Positions 1 to 9,371 are shown, counted from the stretch's first letter. The stretch: 64,000 nt of DNA from an uncultured Caulobacteraceae bacterium (GCA_964451265.1 CAYVHP010000077.1:3237-67236); one strand, 5' to 3'. Translations and numbers: made by a program. Notes: generated by a model not told the origin, from the sequence alone.

Positions 1-31
1 GACGGTGGGGATTCAGGCTTAAAGCGCGCCC

Positions 32-481
32 TCATTTTTCCATTGCGCGCTCCGCGTCGAGGCTACGTAGCTCCAGTAGCGCGTCGGCGAGAGTCCGCTT
101 TTCCAGCGCTTGCAGCACCGACTCATTGACCTCAGCCGCCAAGTTCCCGAAGAACCGTTCGACGTTGGAGCTGACTAAGCACTGGTGGGGGATATCGTTC
201 CTTCCCGTCCACAGAGTCTTGTTGCCCAATACAGCCCTATAGATTTCGCCCAGCGTGATCGCTCCAGCGTCAACGCCTAGGCTTGCGCCCCCGTCTCGCC
301 CCATGACCGAACGCACGAGGCCAGCCTGGACCAGCGGCGCCAGCAGTCGCCGGACGAAGGTCGGATTGGAATTAACGCCCTCCGCCAGCCTTGAGGAACT
401 CAGCCGTTCGACGCCTTCAGCCTCGGCGAGCGCGAGGCTTAGCATCATCTGCAAGGCCGTTGGAAAACGGACGTCGATCAT
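32..481 (-). CDS. Rrf2 family transcriptional regulator
   Basis: 149-aa ORF with ATG at 479-481. The N-terminal winged-helix pattern is typical of Rrf2/BadM regulators (ALQMMLSLA...SSRLAEGVNSNPTFVRRLLAPLVQAGLV). It is divergent from the next gene across an AT-rich gap. Confidence 0.85.
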   Translation of the reverse strand: MIDVRFPTALQMMLSLALAEAEGVERLSSSRLAEGVNSNPTFVRRLLAPLVQAGLVRSVMGRDGGASLGVDAGAITLGEIYRAVLGNKTLWTGRNDIPHQCLVSSNVERFFGNLAAEVNESVLQALEKRTLADALLELRSLDAERAMEK

Positions 482-576
482 GGTCTCTTCCCCCGCTCAA
501 TATGTATCTAAAACACTTGCATATCAAGCGGCATATATGTACCTATGATAAGATCTTTTATTGCAGGAGTCTGACA

Positions 577-1050
577 GTGTCTGAGGAACGTGAAATCCAG
601 GAGGTTCTGGCGCGGTACGTCCGAGCAGCCGATAGCCGCGACGGCAACGCGATGGCTGCCCTTTTCTTGCCCGATGGCAAAGTTTCGATGTTCTACAACC
701 ATGCTGAGAAGCCCGAACTCCTCGGGGAGTTGGTTGGGGCGGACGCCATCGGCGCCGCGGTGACCACGATGATGAAACCGCATGCGCCACATGGGTGGAG
801 TCATCACACCACCCACGACCCGATCATCGACCTGAACGGCGATACCGGGATGCTCGACGCCCAGTTTGTTGTGTTCAATGTTGTCGGCGCCGAAAGACCG
901 GCGGTTGGCTGGCCTGAAGGCGCCCATGGCGCTCAAGGGCGCATAACCCCGATCGAGACCGGGTACTACAGGCCTATACTGAAGAAGGTCGATGGGCGCT
1001 GGAGGATCGCCCACCAGCGCATCTATCACGACCTTCCAATGGCTTTCTAG
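577..1050 (+). CDS. SnoaL-like / NTF2-fold protein
   Basis: GTG at 577 is in frame with track ORF 391..1050. The sequence from VSEEREIQEVLARYVRAADSRDGNAMAALF looks like a SnoaL_4-type N-terminus. The upstream part of the track ORF overlaps the Rrf2 gene and the promoter gap. Confidence 0.7.
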   Translation: MSEEREIQEVLARYVRAADSRDGNAMAALFLPDGKVSMFYNHAEKPELLGELVGADAIGAAVTTMMKPHAPHGWSHHTTHDPIIDLNGDTGMLDAQFVVFNVVGAERPAVGWPEGAHGAQGRITPIETGYYRPILKKVDGRWRIAHQRIYHDLPMAF

Positions 1051-1060
1051 GAGCGGGGCT

Positions 1061-1993
1061 ATGAAGGGAGTGTCCTATAGCCGCTTTGGCGGATCCGAAG
1101 TCCTCGAATATGGCGAGCTGCCGGAGCCAAAGCTCTCGCAGAACGCGGTGATCGTTCGTGTGAAAGCGGCGGCGATCAACCCAGCCGATATCGCCCTGCA
1201 GGCCGGTCTCGGCGACAGCCTGATGGAGACCTGGTTTCCAGTGATACCCGGTTGGGACCTCGCTGGCGTCGTCGAAAAGGTCGGGGCTGGCGTAACCGAA
1301 TTCCAGCCTGGCGACGAAGTCGTCGCCTATGTCCATCAGGAGATCCTGCATAGCGGCGCCTATGCAGAACTTGTGAGCGTCCCCGTGGACCGGCTGTGTC
1401 GAAAGCCGCGCAATAGTTCCTGGGCCGAGGCTGCTGGGCTCCCCCTTGCCGGCCTAACGGCCTATCGCGCAGTGGTCGAGACCCTGAGGGTGACCGCTTC
1501 GGACACTGTTCTCGTGCTGGGGGCTTCGGGCGGGGTCGGCTCGCTGGCGGCCCAGCTAGCGCTGGCGGCTAGCGCGACCGTGATCGGGTCCGCCTCTCCG
1601 AGACACAAGGCCTACGTGTGGTCGATCGGCGTTCAAACTGTCGCTCAGAGCGACAACATTGCTGATGAGGTCAGAAAACTTGTGCCCGCCGGGGTGACGG
1701 TGATCGTGGATTGCGCTGGCCATGGCGCGCTGGCGCAGGCGATGCCAGCTGGGGCCCCCGGAGCAAGGGTGTGCTCAATCGCCGATGGCAGCCCAGGCTT
1801 TACAACGGTGTTCGCTCGCCCAAACACCGGAGCCCTTTCGGAGCTGGTTGACCTGGTTGAGGCCGGAAGTCTTCGGGTGAGGGTTGCGGCCACCTTCGCC
1901 TTGGCCGATGCGGCGAGCGCTCAAGACGCTCTGATGGCCAGGTCCCACGGGCCGGGCAAGATCGTTCTCGTCGGCGAGGCTGCCGATGCATAA
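1061..1993 (+). CDS. NADPH:quinone oxidoreductase-like medium-chain dehydrogenase/reductase
   Basis: ATG at 1061 (MKGVSYSRFGG...). Shows the MDR pattern: VRVKAAAINPAD, GWDLAGVV, and the Rossmann-type LVLGASGGVGSLAAQLA. Confidence 0.85.
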   Translation: MKGVSYSRFGGSEVLEYGELPEPKLSQNAVIVRVKAAAINPADIALQAGLGDSLMETWFPVIPGWDLAGVVEKVGAGVTEFQPGDEVVAYVHQEILHSGAYAELVSVPVDRLCRKPRNSSWAEAAGLPLAGLTAYRAVVETLRVTASDTVLVLGASGGVGSLAAQLALAASATVIGSASPRHKAYVWSIGVQTVAQSDNIADEVRKLVPAGVTVIVDCAGHGALAQAMPAGAPGARVCSIADGSPGFTTVFARPNTGALSELVDLVEAGSLRVRVAATFALADAASAQDALMARSHGPGKIVLVGEAADA

Positions 1994-2077
1994 AGAGGCG
2001 ACTTATCGATAACCGCGCAGAGGCGAACCGGAATACGGAGCGCGGGTCAAGTCGCCGCAGGCACGACAGTGACTAAC

Positions 2078-3016
2078 CTATGCGGTCCCTACGCCGCGCA
2101 ACATCCGGCTGTCCTGCCCGGGCGGGCGACCGAATTGGCGGCGATATTCACGGCTGAACTGTGATGGACTTTCATACCCTACAGCGAAGCCGACTTCGGC
2201 CGCGTCGTCGGTTGTGGACAGAAGCCGCGCTCTGGCAGTCGTAAGACGAAGATGCTTTTGAAACTGGATCGGGCTCATCCCAGTCGCGGCCCGAAAATTT
2301 CGGTGGAACGCGGTAAGGCTCATCCCGGCCAGCGCAGTCAGGTCCCGGAGTCGGACGGTCTCGTGATAGTGAGTTCGAAGCCAACGAATGGCTCGACCAA
2401 TCCTGGTCATTCGGCTGTCTGCGAGGCCCAGTTGCCGCACCATGGAACCGTGCTCGCCGTTGACGAGTCTCCAAAGGATCTCTCGTTCGAGGACGGGGGC
2501 CAAGATCGGGATATCCGTTGGACGTTCAAGTAGGCGAACAAGCCGAACGATTGGTTCCAGGAGGTCGGCTGTTACGTCGCCGACCGCAATGCCGCGCTGT
2601 TCGCCGCTCCTTCTCGTTGGAACGCCAGTCTCGAGTAAGAGCGAGGCGATCGCTTCAGGTTTCAGCGTTAGCCCCAGCCCCAGGAGCGGACCGTCCTGGC
2701 TGGCTTTGCTGACATAAGCACTGAGCGGCAGATCGACCGAATAGACGAGATATTGGCCGGCCGAATAGTCGAAGATCTGATCGCCCAGCATGACGCGCTT
2801 GCCGCCTTGCGCGACGACCGCGAACCCCGGTTCAGCCACATAGTCCGCAGGCTCAGTGGGCAGGGAAAAGGCTGACAGGACGAGACCGGGCACAGCGGTG
2901 TGCACTTCACCCTGTCCGCCAAGGAGGGCAATCAGCCTAGCTAGCTCCACAAGGAGATCGTTCCGTGTTGGGGCCAGATTGGGGAGCTCTCGAAAGGTTC
3001 CGCAGACGACGTCCAT
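2078..3016 (-). CDS. AraC family transcriptional regulator
   Basis: 312 aa with a C-terminal double HTH (LTALAGMSLTAFHRNFRAATGMSPIQFQKHLRLTTARARLL ... GYESPSQFSREYRRQFG) and an N-terminal AraC_N-like effector domain. Confidence 0.85.
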   Translation of the reverse strand: MDVVCGTFRELPNLAPTRNDLLVELARLIALLGGQGEVHTAVPGLVLSAFSLPTEPADYVAEPGFAVVAQGGKRVMLGDQIFDYSAGQYLVYSVDLPLSAYVSKASQDGPLLGLGLTLKPEAIASLLLETGVPTRRSGEQRGIAVGDVTADLLEPIVRLVRLLERPTDIPILAPVLEREILWRLVNGEHGSMVRQLGLADSRMTRIGRAIRWLRTHYHETVRLRDLTALAGMSLTAFHRNFRAATGMSPIQFQKHLRLTTARARLLSTTDDAAEVGFAVGYESPSQFSREYRRQFGRPPGQDSRMLRGVGTA

Positions 3017-3144
3017 GCTGGATTATCCTGGAAATGGCACGATTATGCAATCAAGAGAGATTTTCGGTCTACCGTTGGCGGCCGCTCGGGTCTCAAAAAG
3101 CAAGGCCAATTTTGCTTGCTCCGCAGCTTTCAAGGACGCGCCAG

Positions 3145-4059
3145 ATGAAACAGCAGCACGTCACCTTTCTCGGCGCCGGCCTAAAGCTGGCCGGAATCCT
3201 TTACGTACCCGAAGCCGCCTCCGCATTCATGCCGGCCATCGTTGTTGGCCATCCTGCCAGCGGGGTGAAGGAGCAGAGCGCCGGCCTCTATGCGCGGTAT
3301 CTGGCGGAGCAGGGTTTTATTGCCCTGACCTTCGATACCGGCACACAGGGCGAAAGCGAGGGCTTGCCGCGCGGCCTTGAGGACCCTGCCCGGCGCAGCG
3401 AGGAGTTCAAGGACGCTGTTTCCTTCCTAAGCACGTGCCGCGAGGTCGATCAGGACCGGATCGGCGCCCTGGGGATCTGCGCGTCGGGCGGTTATGTGAT
3501 TCCCGCAGCGGCCGTCGATCATCGGATCAAGGCGGTCGCGACGGTTAGCGCCACCGACGTCGGAGCGCAGTTCCGGTGTGGCGCGGACGGCAAACAGGAC
3601 CCGGCGATCATCTTAGGCATGCTCGAAGCCGCCGCCGCCGCCCGCACCAGCGAGGCGCGAGGCGGGGGCGTCGCAAGCTTCCCACTCTTTCCCGCCACCG
3701 AGGCGGAGGCGCGCGCTGGGGGTGACGCTCATTTCTTCGAAGGCTGGGAATACTATTGCACCGACCGGGCGCAACATCCTCGCTCGGCCAAGACCTTCAC
3801 CTGGAACAGCGTTGATCGCCTGGCCGCTTTCGACCCGTTTCGCTTCATCGGCCTAGTCGCGCCACGCCCTCTCTTGATGGTGGTTGGGACCGATGCCGTG
3901 ACGAAGTGGATGACTGAGGCCGCACTGGCCTCCGCTCAAGGTTCGAAGGAACTTTTCTGGGTCGAAGGCGCGACCCATGTCGGCCTCTACGACCGTCCAG
4001 AACACGTCGGACCCGCGGCGGCCAGGCTCGGTGCGTTTTTCCGAGGCGCATTGAGCTGA
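3145..4059 (+). CDS. alpha/beta hydrolase (dienelactone-hydrolase-like)
   Basis: ATG at 3145 (MKQQHVTFLGAGLKLAGILYVPE). Nucleophile elbow GICASGGY. The track ORF start at 2965 overlaps the AraC gene. Confidence 0.75.
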   Translation: MKQQHVTFLGAGLKLAGILYVPEAASAFMPAIVVGHPASGVKEQSAGLYARYLAEQGFIALTFDTGTQGESEGLPRGLEDPARRSEEFKDAVSFLSTCREVDQDRIGALGICASGGYVIPAAAVDHRIKAVATVSATDVGAQFRCGADGKQDPAIILGMLEAAAAARTSEARGGGVASFPLFPATEAEARAGGDAHFFEGWEYYCTDRAQHPRSAKTFTWNSVDRLAAFDPFRFIGLVAPRPLLMVVGTDAVTKWMTEAALASAQGSKELFWVEGATHVGLYDRPEHVGPAAARLGAFFRGALS

Positions 4060-4142
4060 CACGACCATTGCACCGGAATGGTCCCCATCTCTACGAAGGC
4101 GGCCAGCTTCATCAACGGCCAGAGGCCGCCGGATCGAGCGTC

Positions 4143-4386
4143 GAGCTTGCCTATGTCGATCAGGGCTACACCGACCGCCGCCAAGGCCGCCGCCGAACAC
4201 GGCATCCGGCTTGAGGTGGTCAAGCTGTAGCGCTGGGTCGTAGAGCGAGCCTTCGCCTGGGCCACACGCTTCCGCAGGAACGTACGCGACTACGAACGGC
4301 TGCCTCAGACCGTCAAAGGTCTCCACTTAGCGGTATTCGCAAGCCTAATGCTCAACAAGGCCGTCGCAGCTACGCTCAGTTCCTGA
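4143..4386 (+). pseudogene. IS5-family (DDE_Tnp_1) transposase C-terminal remnant
   Basis: Translating by hand across two frames gives ELAYVDQGYT, then AAKAAAEHGIRLEVVKL-TAG(4228-4230), then RWVVERAFAWATRFRRNVRDYERLPQTVKGLHLAVFASLMLNKA, with a stop at 4384-4386. This matches the conserved C-terminus of IS5-family transposases. The segment between VVKL and RWVVER is missing, and no N-terminal part or inverted repeats were seen. Confidence 0.7.
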
Positions 4387-4392
4387 AAGCCC

Positions 4393-5076
4393 CTAAGCAT
4401 CCATTCGCCGATAGGTCAGCACCGAGCCATCCTTCATCCTGCCGCGCAAGGCGGCCCAAACGCCCTCATGGTCGTACCAGTCGTCGATCTGAGTTTCTCC
4501 GGCGAGGGAATAGCGCGTAGCGGGCAGGGCGCGACCATTGGCCGTTTGCACGGTGTCCGCACCCCGGGCGACGGCGCGTTCGCGTAGCAGCTTGCCATCC
4601 TGGGGATTAAACAGAGCGCCGTCCATGATCGTCCGGTTCCAGTGGGTCAGGGGGAGGACGCCGCCGTCGGCCAGGTATGGCGCTCCCTCGGCGGGCTCGA
4701 TCAAAACCCCGCTGTCGGTGCGGTGGGCGCGCACCGCTTGCTTGCGGCCGTTGGTGATGCTGGTGGTCTCCAGCCGTTCGAACCTGTCCGCCCTCCAGAT
4801 TTCCAAGGCGTGATGGCTATATTGGACCAGGGGAACAGGACCAAATTTGAAGGTGATCTCGACCTGGGTTTGCACGCTCAGGTCCGAGCCTTCCCGACTG
4901 AAGGTTACACGGTGGCGGCCGAGTCTGGTTCCCTTGCCGTGGATTTCGAAGCTGATGAGGCCGCCCGGAGGCAAGCCGGCGGAAGCCGCCCAGGATTGCC
5001 GCGACAGAGCCGCGCCGCCAAGGGCGCAAGCGCCTGCCAAAAGGCCTCTACGAGTCCATGCCGTCGGAGCATCCAT
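4393..5076 (-). CDS. secreted protein of unknown function (DUF6134-like)
   Basis: Internal ATG at 5076 (MDAPTAWTRRGLLAGACALGGAAL) gives a Tat-like signal peptide. The body resembles DUF6134 proteins from memory. Confidence 0.6.
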   Translation of the reverse strand: MDAPTAWTRRGLLAGACALGGAALSRQSWAASAGLPPGGLISFEIHGKGTRLGRHRVTFSREGSDLSVQTQVEITFKFGPVPLVQYSHHALEIWRADRFERLETTSITNGRKQAVRAHRTDSGVLIEPAEGAPYLADGGVLPLTHWNRTIMDGALFNPQDGKLLRERAVARGADTVQTANGRALPATRYSLAGETQIDDWYDHEGVWAALRGRMKDGSVLTYRRMDA

Positions 5077-5210
5077 AATCGCCTCACACACGCCGCCCGA
5101 CTTGAAAATCAATACGCGCGAAGCCGGTGCTTGGATCAGCGCGGCGGCGAACCTGATCGGAACAAGGCGTGCTAATCTGTATGGAGACGCGATGGGAGAA
5201 GACCGCCGCA

Positions 5211-5564
5211 ATGAAATCAGAACATCGATATGTGGTGGCCTTCATCGCCGCCTCACTGGGCTCGAAGACGGCGTTCACCCATGTGCACGATCACGATGCG
5301 GGGGTTGAAATCCCCTTTGGCGGCTTGGTGCGCAGCGACAAGGTGGATGTGGTTGAAGGCGGGGCGCGAGCGCGGATCAGCGGCGCGCCGGCGCAGCTTT
5401 TCCATGATGGATCGCAGGCCTACATAAACTTAGCAGTGGAGGGCGACAGCCTGTCTGGCTACGACTATGCGTCAGAGCATCACTTTGCCGGCCGGGTGAC
5501 GGGCTCGGCGGTTCAGATTTTTGACCATGAAACCGGCCGCTATCACGATTTTCACGTGAGTTGA
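5211..5564 (+). CDS. hypothetical protein
   Basis: ATG at 5211 (MKSEHRYVVAFIAAS...). G/C-ending codon bias is consistent with coding. No recognisable domain. Confidence 0.5.
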   Translation: MKSEHRYVVAFIAASLGSKTAFTHVHDHDAGVEIPFGGLVRSDKVDVVEGGARARISGAPAQLFHDGSQAYINLAVEGDSLSGYDYASEHHFAGRVTGSAVQIFDHETGRYHDFHVS

Positions 5565-5591
5565 GTTGCGGCCAAGCAGGGGAACGGGCCG

Positions 5592-5933
5592 ATGATGGGG
5601 TTCATCGTACGCTTTCTGATGGTGGCCTTGTCCTTGTGGCTGGCCGCACAGATCGTACCGGGCATTGAGGTGCGCAGCACGTCCAGCGTTTTGCTTGCCG
5701 CGCTAATCCTGGGCCTGCTCAACGCCATCGTGCGACCAGTGATCATTCTGCTGACCCTGCCCCTGACCATCGTCACCCTGGGGCTGTTTCTGTTTGTGAT
5801 CAACGCCGCCATGCTGTGGGCGACGTCACTGTTTCTGCACGGATTTATGGTGCGCGGCTTCTTTCCGGCGCTCCTGGGCTCCATCGTGGTCAGCGCGATC
5901 AGCTGGGTTGGAGACCGGCTCACTGAGCGCTGA
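5592..5933 (+). CDS. phage holin family IV-like membrane protein (DUF360)
   Basis: 113 aa with four hydrophobic segments. Contains the LNAIVRPVIILLTLPLTIVTLGLF pattern typical of DUF360. Confidence 0.75.
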   Translation: MMGFIVRFLMVALSLWLAAQIVPGIEVRSTSSVLLAALILGLLNAIVRPVIILLTLPLTIVTLGLFLFVINAAMLWATSLFLHGFMVRGFFPALLGSIVVSAISWVGDRLTER

Positions 5934-5960
5934 TCAGGCGCTTCAAAAGCCCTATTCAGC

Positions 5961-6848
5961 TCAGACTGTTTCGGTTTCGCCTTGGAGTTCAACCAGGCGT
6001 TTGCGGGTGACAGCCAAGTCCTCGGCATAAAGACCGTTGCCCGGGTCGGACTGGGCCAGACCTTCGGCGATGCCCAGGCTTTCCAGATACAGATCCACAG
6101 CGCGCGACCGGTGGCCCCGGGACTCGCGGCAATCGCCCAAGCGTTCCAGCACCAAAGACAGCGCCCGGCGGTCGCTGGGCGAACCACTCGCGGCTAGAGT
6201 CCGGTTCAGCTTGAGGGCTTCTTCGTAGAGCTCGATGGCGGTGTCCAGCCGCCCTTCCTCGTCATAGACATCCGCATTGCTCTTAAGCACGTTGGCAAGA
6301 GTCCGGGTGGCCTGAGTATCGCTGGGGTGCTTGCCGTGGGCGGCGCGCGCCAGCGTGAGGGCTTCTGAGTAGGGGTCGAGCGCTTCATCCAGCCGGCCTT
6401 CGGCAAACAGCTTGTCGCCCTTGGCCATGAGGGCGTCCAGCCCCTCGCCCGTTTCGGCGGACTGCGCGGGGTCTTCGGCGACCGCAGCCAACACGGGCGC
6501 AAGCATCACCGGCGAGACCTCTGCAAGCGGCTCGAGCGCCGGGGCGTGGTGAGCCTCCGGTTCCGCCGCCGGTTCGGCCACTTGGGGTTCTGGGGCGGCC
6601 GAAAGAGAAAACGGGTCAGCGTGAGGGCGCACCACAGGCTTGACCGTGCTGCGGGCCTTGGGCGCGGGTTTGAATGCCGTCCAGATCAGAGCCAGACCCA
6701 ATACGAACACCAAGCCGCCTAATACCGTCCGCTCGATGACCATGCTCTGGAAGGGTTCGGGCCAGCCTTCGGCCGCCATCAGGAAATAGCCGGCGAATCC
6801 GACGGCCAAGCCGCTTACCAACGCCAGAACGCGAACAAGAATACCCAT
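5961..6848 (-). CDS. membrane-anchored tetratricopeptide-repeat protein
   Basis: ATG at 6848 (MGILVRVLALVSG...). Two N-terminal TM segments, an Ala/Pro-rich linker and C-terminal TPR-like repeats (EALTLARAAHG, AIELYEEALKL, AVDLYLESLGI). Confidence 0.7.
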   Translation of the reverse strand: MGILVRVLALVSGLAVGFAGYFLMAAEGWPEPFQSMVIERTVLGGLVFVLGLALIWTAFKPAPKARSTVKPVVRPHADPFSLSAAPEPQVAEPAAEPEAHHAPALEPLAEVSPVMLAPVLAAVAEDPAQSAETGEGLDALMAKGDKLFAEGRLDEALDPYSEALTLARAAHGKHPSDTQATRTLANVLKSNADVYDEEGRLDTAIELYEEALKLNRTLAASGSPSDRRALSLVLERLGDCRESRGHRSRAVDLYLESLGIAEGLAQSDPGNGLYAEDLAVTRKRLVELQGETETV

Positions 6849-6989
6849 ATCACGCCCCCATCGGCTTTTCGCCGCTCTGCTTGTTTCCACTCATCATTTC
6901 CGGCGTGTATGTCGAGGCGCCGGGCGGTCTTTACTTCCTCCACCCTAATGGATTTTCTACGGCGCCGCCAGTTCGGGCGATCGGCGCCT

Positions 6990-7403
6990 TCAAAATAGCC
7001 ATGAGCGGGGGCGGGGATAGGCTTCGTCTCGGGCCAGATAGACCAGCCCGGCCAAACACCGGATGCCGAACCATAGGTGGCCTACCGAGAAGATCAAGCC
7101 GCCCAGCATGACCATGGGCACGCCGACCAGCACGAAGGACAGCGGCACGCCGAACACAATCAGCGCCCCGCCGATGATCCACCAGCCTATGGCGGTCCAG
7201 AAGGTGCGGATCTGGAAAATATAGTGGGACCTCATTCGGGGTCCTGCGCCGTTCTGGTTGGCGTAGGCCACTACAAGCCCCACGAGAATGGTCAGGCCAT
7301 TGGCCATGCCGACCAAATAGAGGCCATAAATAATGAAGGGCAGACTGCGGTCTTCGCTGAGCGCGCCGAAGGCCGGGGCGATGGGGGATGGCTTGTTGGG
7401 CAT
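6990..7403 (-). CDS. integral membrane protein (DUF4870-like)
   Basis: ATG at 7403 (MPNKPSPIAP...). Four hydrophobic helices. Function unknown. Confidence 0.6.
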   Translation of the reverse strand: MPNKPSPIAPAFGALSEDRSLPFIIYGLYLVGMANGLTILVGLVVAYANQNGAGPRMRSHYIFQIRTFWTAIGWWIIGGALIVFGVPLSFVLVGVPMVMLGGLIFSVGHLWFGIRCLAGLVYLARDEAYPRPRSWLF

Positions 7404-7464
7404 GGGGCGTTTTCCTGATCGCCTATTAACATGGTCCAAGCTTGGCCGCGCCGAAAAATGACGG

Positions 7465-8010
7465 TTATGCGCCGTCCACAAGGCTTGACGGCAGAGCATC
7501 AGGGTCGATCACGCGGGGGGCCGCCTGGCCAATCCAAGGGGTGACGGCAAACACCAGAATGAGCAAAAATCCGAGGCGGGCGGCGAGGTCCAGAGCCAGA
7601 GGCTCCAGACCGGCCATGACCGCCGCCAGAGCCATGGCGGCGGCGCCGGCGGCCAGCAGACACGAACTCATCACCAAGACGCCGGCCAACCGACCGCCTT
7701 CTGCTTCGAGACGGGCCTGCGGCGCGGCGTGGGCAAGGGCGCAGACGAAAGCGGCGTAGTTCTGAACCTGCGGCCCGCAGACAATGGTGTGGACCTGACG
7801 ACCGAAATGCAGGCGCATAAAACGCAGCGGACCTGTGTAGGGGCTGCGCCTGACGCCCAGAGTGACTTTTTGCAGGCGCGCTAGGGGCCAGCGGGACTGT
7901 CGGCGCCCCACTGAGCGAATGAGGAACCCCGAGTCCATATGAAGGGACTCAGGGGCGCCCCACCCGCGCGGCGGCAGGGTCAGGACCGGCCCCGGAACGG
8001 GCGCGATCAA
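7465..8010 (-). CDS. hypothetical membrane protein
   Basis: The TTG at 8010 overlaps the folB stop (TTGA). An alternative ATG lies at 7938. Two C-terminal hydrophobic segments and no recognisable domain. Confidence 0.4.
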   Translation of the reverse strand: MIAPVPGPVLTLPPRGWGAPESLHMDSGFLIRSVGRRQSRWPLARLQKVTLGVRRSPYTGPLRFMRLHFGRQVHTIVCGPQVQNYAAFVCALAHAAPQARLEAEGGRLAGVLVMSSCLLAAGAAAMALAAVMAGLEPLALDLAARLGFLLILVFAVTPWIGQAAPRVIDPDALPSSLVDGA

Positions 8011-8354
8011 TCGCGTGTCAGCTTGATTTCGACGCCCGCCAGCGCCGGGGACAGGGCCTCGGGTTTGTCGACGCGCACGCGCACGGCCAGGATGCGCGGG
8101 TCGCGCATTAAGGCGCGGGCCAAGGCCTCGGCGAAACTTTCCACCAGTTTCATGTGGCCGGCCTTGGCGATTTCGCGCGCCTGTTCAACCACGGCTTCAT
8201 AGCTGACGGTGTCTGCGATGTGCTCGAAGGGGGCGGGGCTGAGGTCAAGCTCGACCTCGATCACCAAGGGCTGGCGGCGACCGTGCTCGTGTTCATAGAC
8301 GCCGATCTCAGCCTCGACCACCAAGCCGCGCACGAACACCTTGGCGCTGCTCAT
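8007..8354 (-). CDS. folB: dihydroneopterin aldolase
   Basis: FolB pattern VFVRGLVVEAEIGVYEHEHGRRQPL...DTVSYEAV. ATG at 8354; a GTG at 8390 is an alternative start. Confidence 0.8.
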   Translation of the reverse strand: MSSAKVFVRGLVVEAEIGVYEHEHGRRQPLVIEVELDLSPAPFEHIADTVSYEAVVEQAREIAKAGHMKLVESFAEALARALMRDPRILAVRVRVDKPEALSPALAGVEIKLTRD

Positions 8355-8403
8355 TCGCACGGCAGAGGGTGAAAAGGGCGATGGGTTCACGGCATGACGC
8401 TTT

Positions 8404-9159
8404 TCACGGCCCGCTCACGTCCGGTGTTCGCCAGGCCAAATGCTGGCCGCCATCAACAGCGATCATCTGGCCGGTGACGCAAGACGCGTCAATCAGATAG
8501 AGCGCTGCATTGGCGATCTGCTCTGGGTCAACCGCGCGCGATAGGGGCGTGGCTTGGGCTTCGGCCAAGAATTGGGCGGCGCTTTGGTGGATCGACGGCA
8601 AGGTGGGACCTGGGCCGATCCCATTGACCCGAATGCGTGGCGCCAGGGCCTGGGCCATGGTCTGGGTGGCGGACCAAAGGGCGGCCTTGCTCAGGCCATA
8701 ACTGAAAAACTGTGGATTGGGCCGCAGGACCCTTTGATCGAGCAGATTGATAATCACGCCCGCCAAAGGGGCAGGAAGCGCGGCGGCGAACGCCTGGCTC
8801 AGCAGGATAGGCGCGTGGAGGTTTATGGCCATGTGTCGGCGCCATAGATCTGTGCTCAAGGTCTCGATCCGGTCGTCCTCGAACAAGGCCGCGTTGTTGA
8901 TCAAAACCGTCAACGGCCCCAACGCCTGGGCCCGCTCAATCAAACCCGACGCCTGGGCCTCCTGTGAAAGATCCGCCTCCAGGGCCACGGCCTGACGTCC
9001 CAGCGCGTTCAGAGATGCGCATAGGGATTGAACTTCGTCATGCGATTGGTGGTGGTGAGCGACGATGTCGAAACCCGCGCCGGCCAGGGCCGTGGCCAGG
9101 ACGCGGCCAATGCGCCGGGCCGAACCCGTCACCAAGGCGACGCCCCGCAGAGGGCTCAT
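8404..9159 (-). CDS. SDR family oxidoreductase (pteridine/dihydromonapterin reductase-like)
   Basis: 251 aa. TGSARRIG cofactor motif, a YxxxK-type active site (YGLSKAAL), and an operon position directly upstream of folB. Confidence 0.85.
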   Translation of the reverse strand: MSPLRGVALVTGSARRIGRVLATALAGAGFDIVAHHHQSHDEVQSLCASLNALGRQAVALEADLSQEAQASGLIERAQALGPLTVLINNAALFEDDRIETLSTDLWRRHMAINLHAPILLSQAFAAALPAPLAGVIINLLDQRVLRPNPQFFSYGLSKAALWSATQTMAQALAPRIRVNGIGPGPTLPSIHQSAAQFLAEAQATPLSRAVDPEQIANAALYLIDASCVTGQMIAVDGGQHLAWRTPDVSGP

Positions 9160-9181
9160 TGTGCGCGCGCCGGGGCCCGGA

Positions 9182-9262
9182 TCAGTCGAGCCTGCCGAAC
9201 TCCAGAATATTCAGCGCGCCGATCACGGCGATGAAGACGGCAATGGCTAGGATCGCGGTCAT
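9182..9262 (-). CDS. small hydrophobic protein, 26 aa (not in the ORF track)
   Basis: Hand translation gives MTAILAIAVFIAVIGALNILEFGRLD, then TGA. GGAGAG lies 4 nt upstream of the ATG. The stop is 22 nt upstream of the SDR start, so it looks co-transcribed. Confidence 0.45.
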   Translation of the reverse strand: MTAILAIAVFIAVIGALNILEFGRLD

Positions 9263-9371
9263 GGGACTCTCCGGCTTTGATACCGGCTCTAACCGTCTCG
9301 CTCCGCCTTCGCAAGCCGTCTGTCTTGCTCTAATTCAAGTCGTCGGGCCGCAGCGCAGGATTAGGGCCACC

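Noticed and set aside
3853-4326. 157-aa minus-strand ORF across the hydrolase 3' end and the IS remnant
   Set aside because: It overlaps the hydrolase coding sequence in antisense. The plus strand here carries recognisable transposase blocks. No motif supports this ORF.
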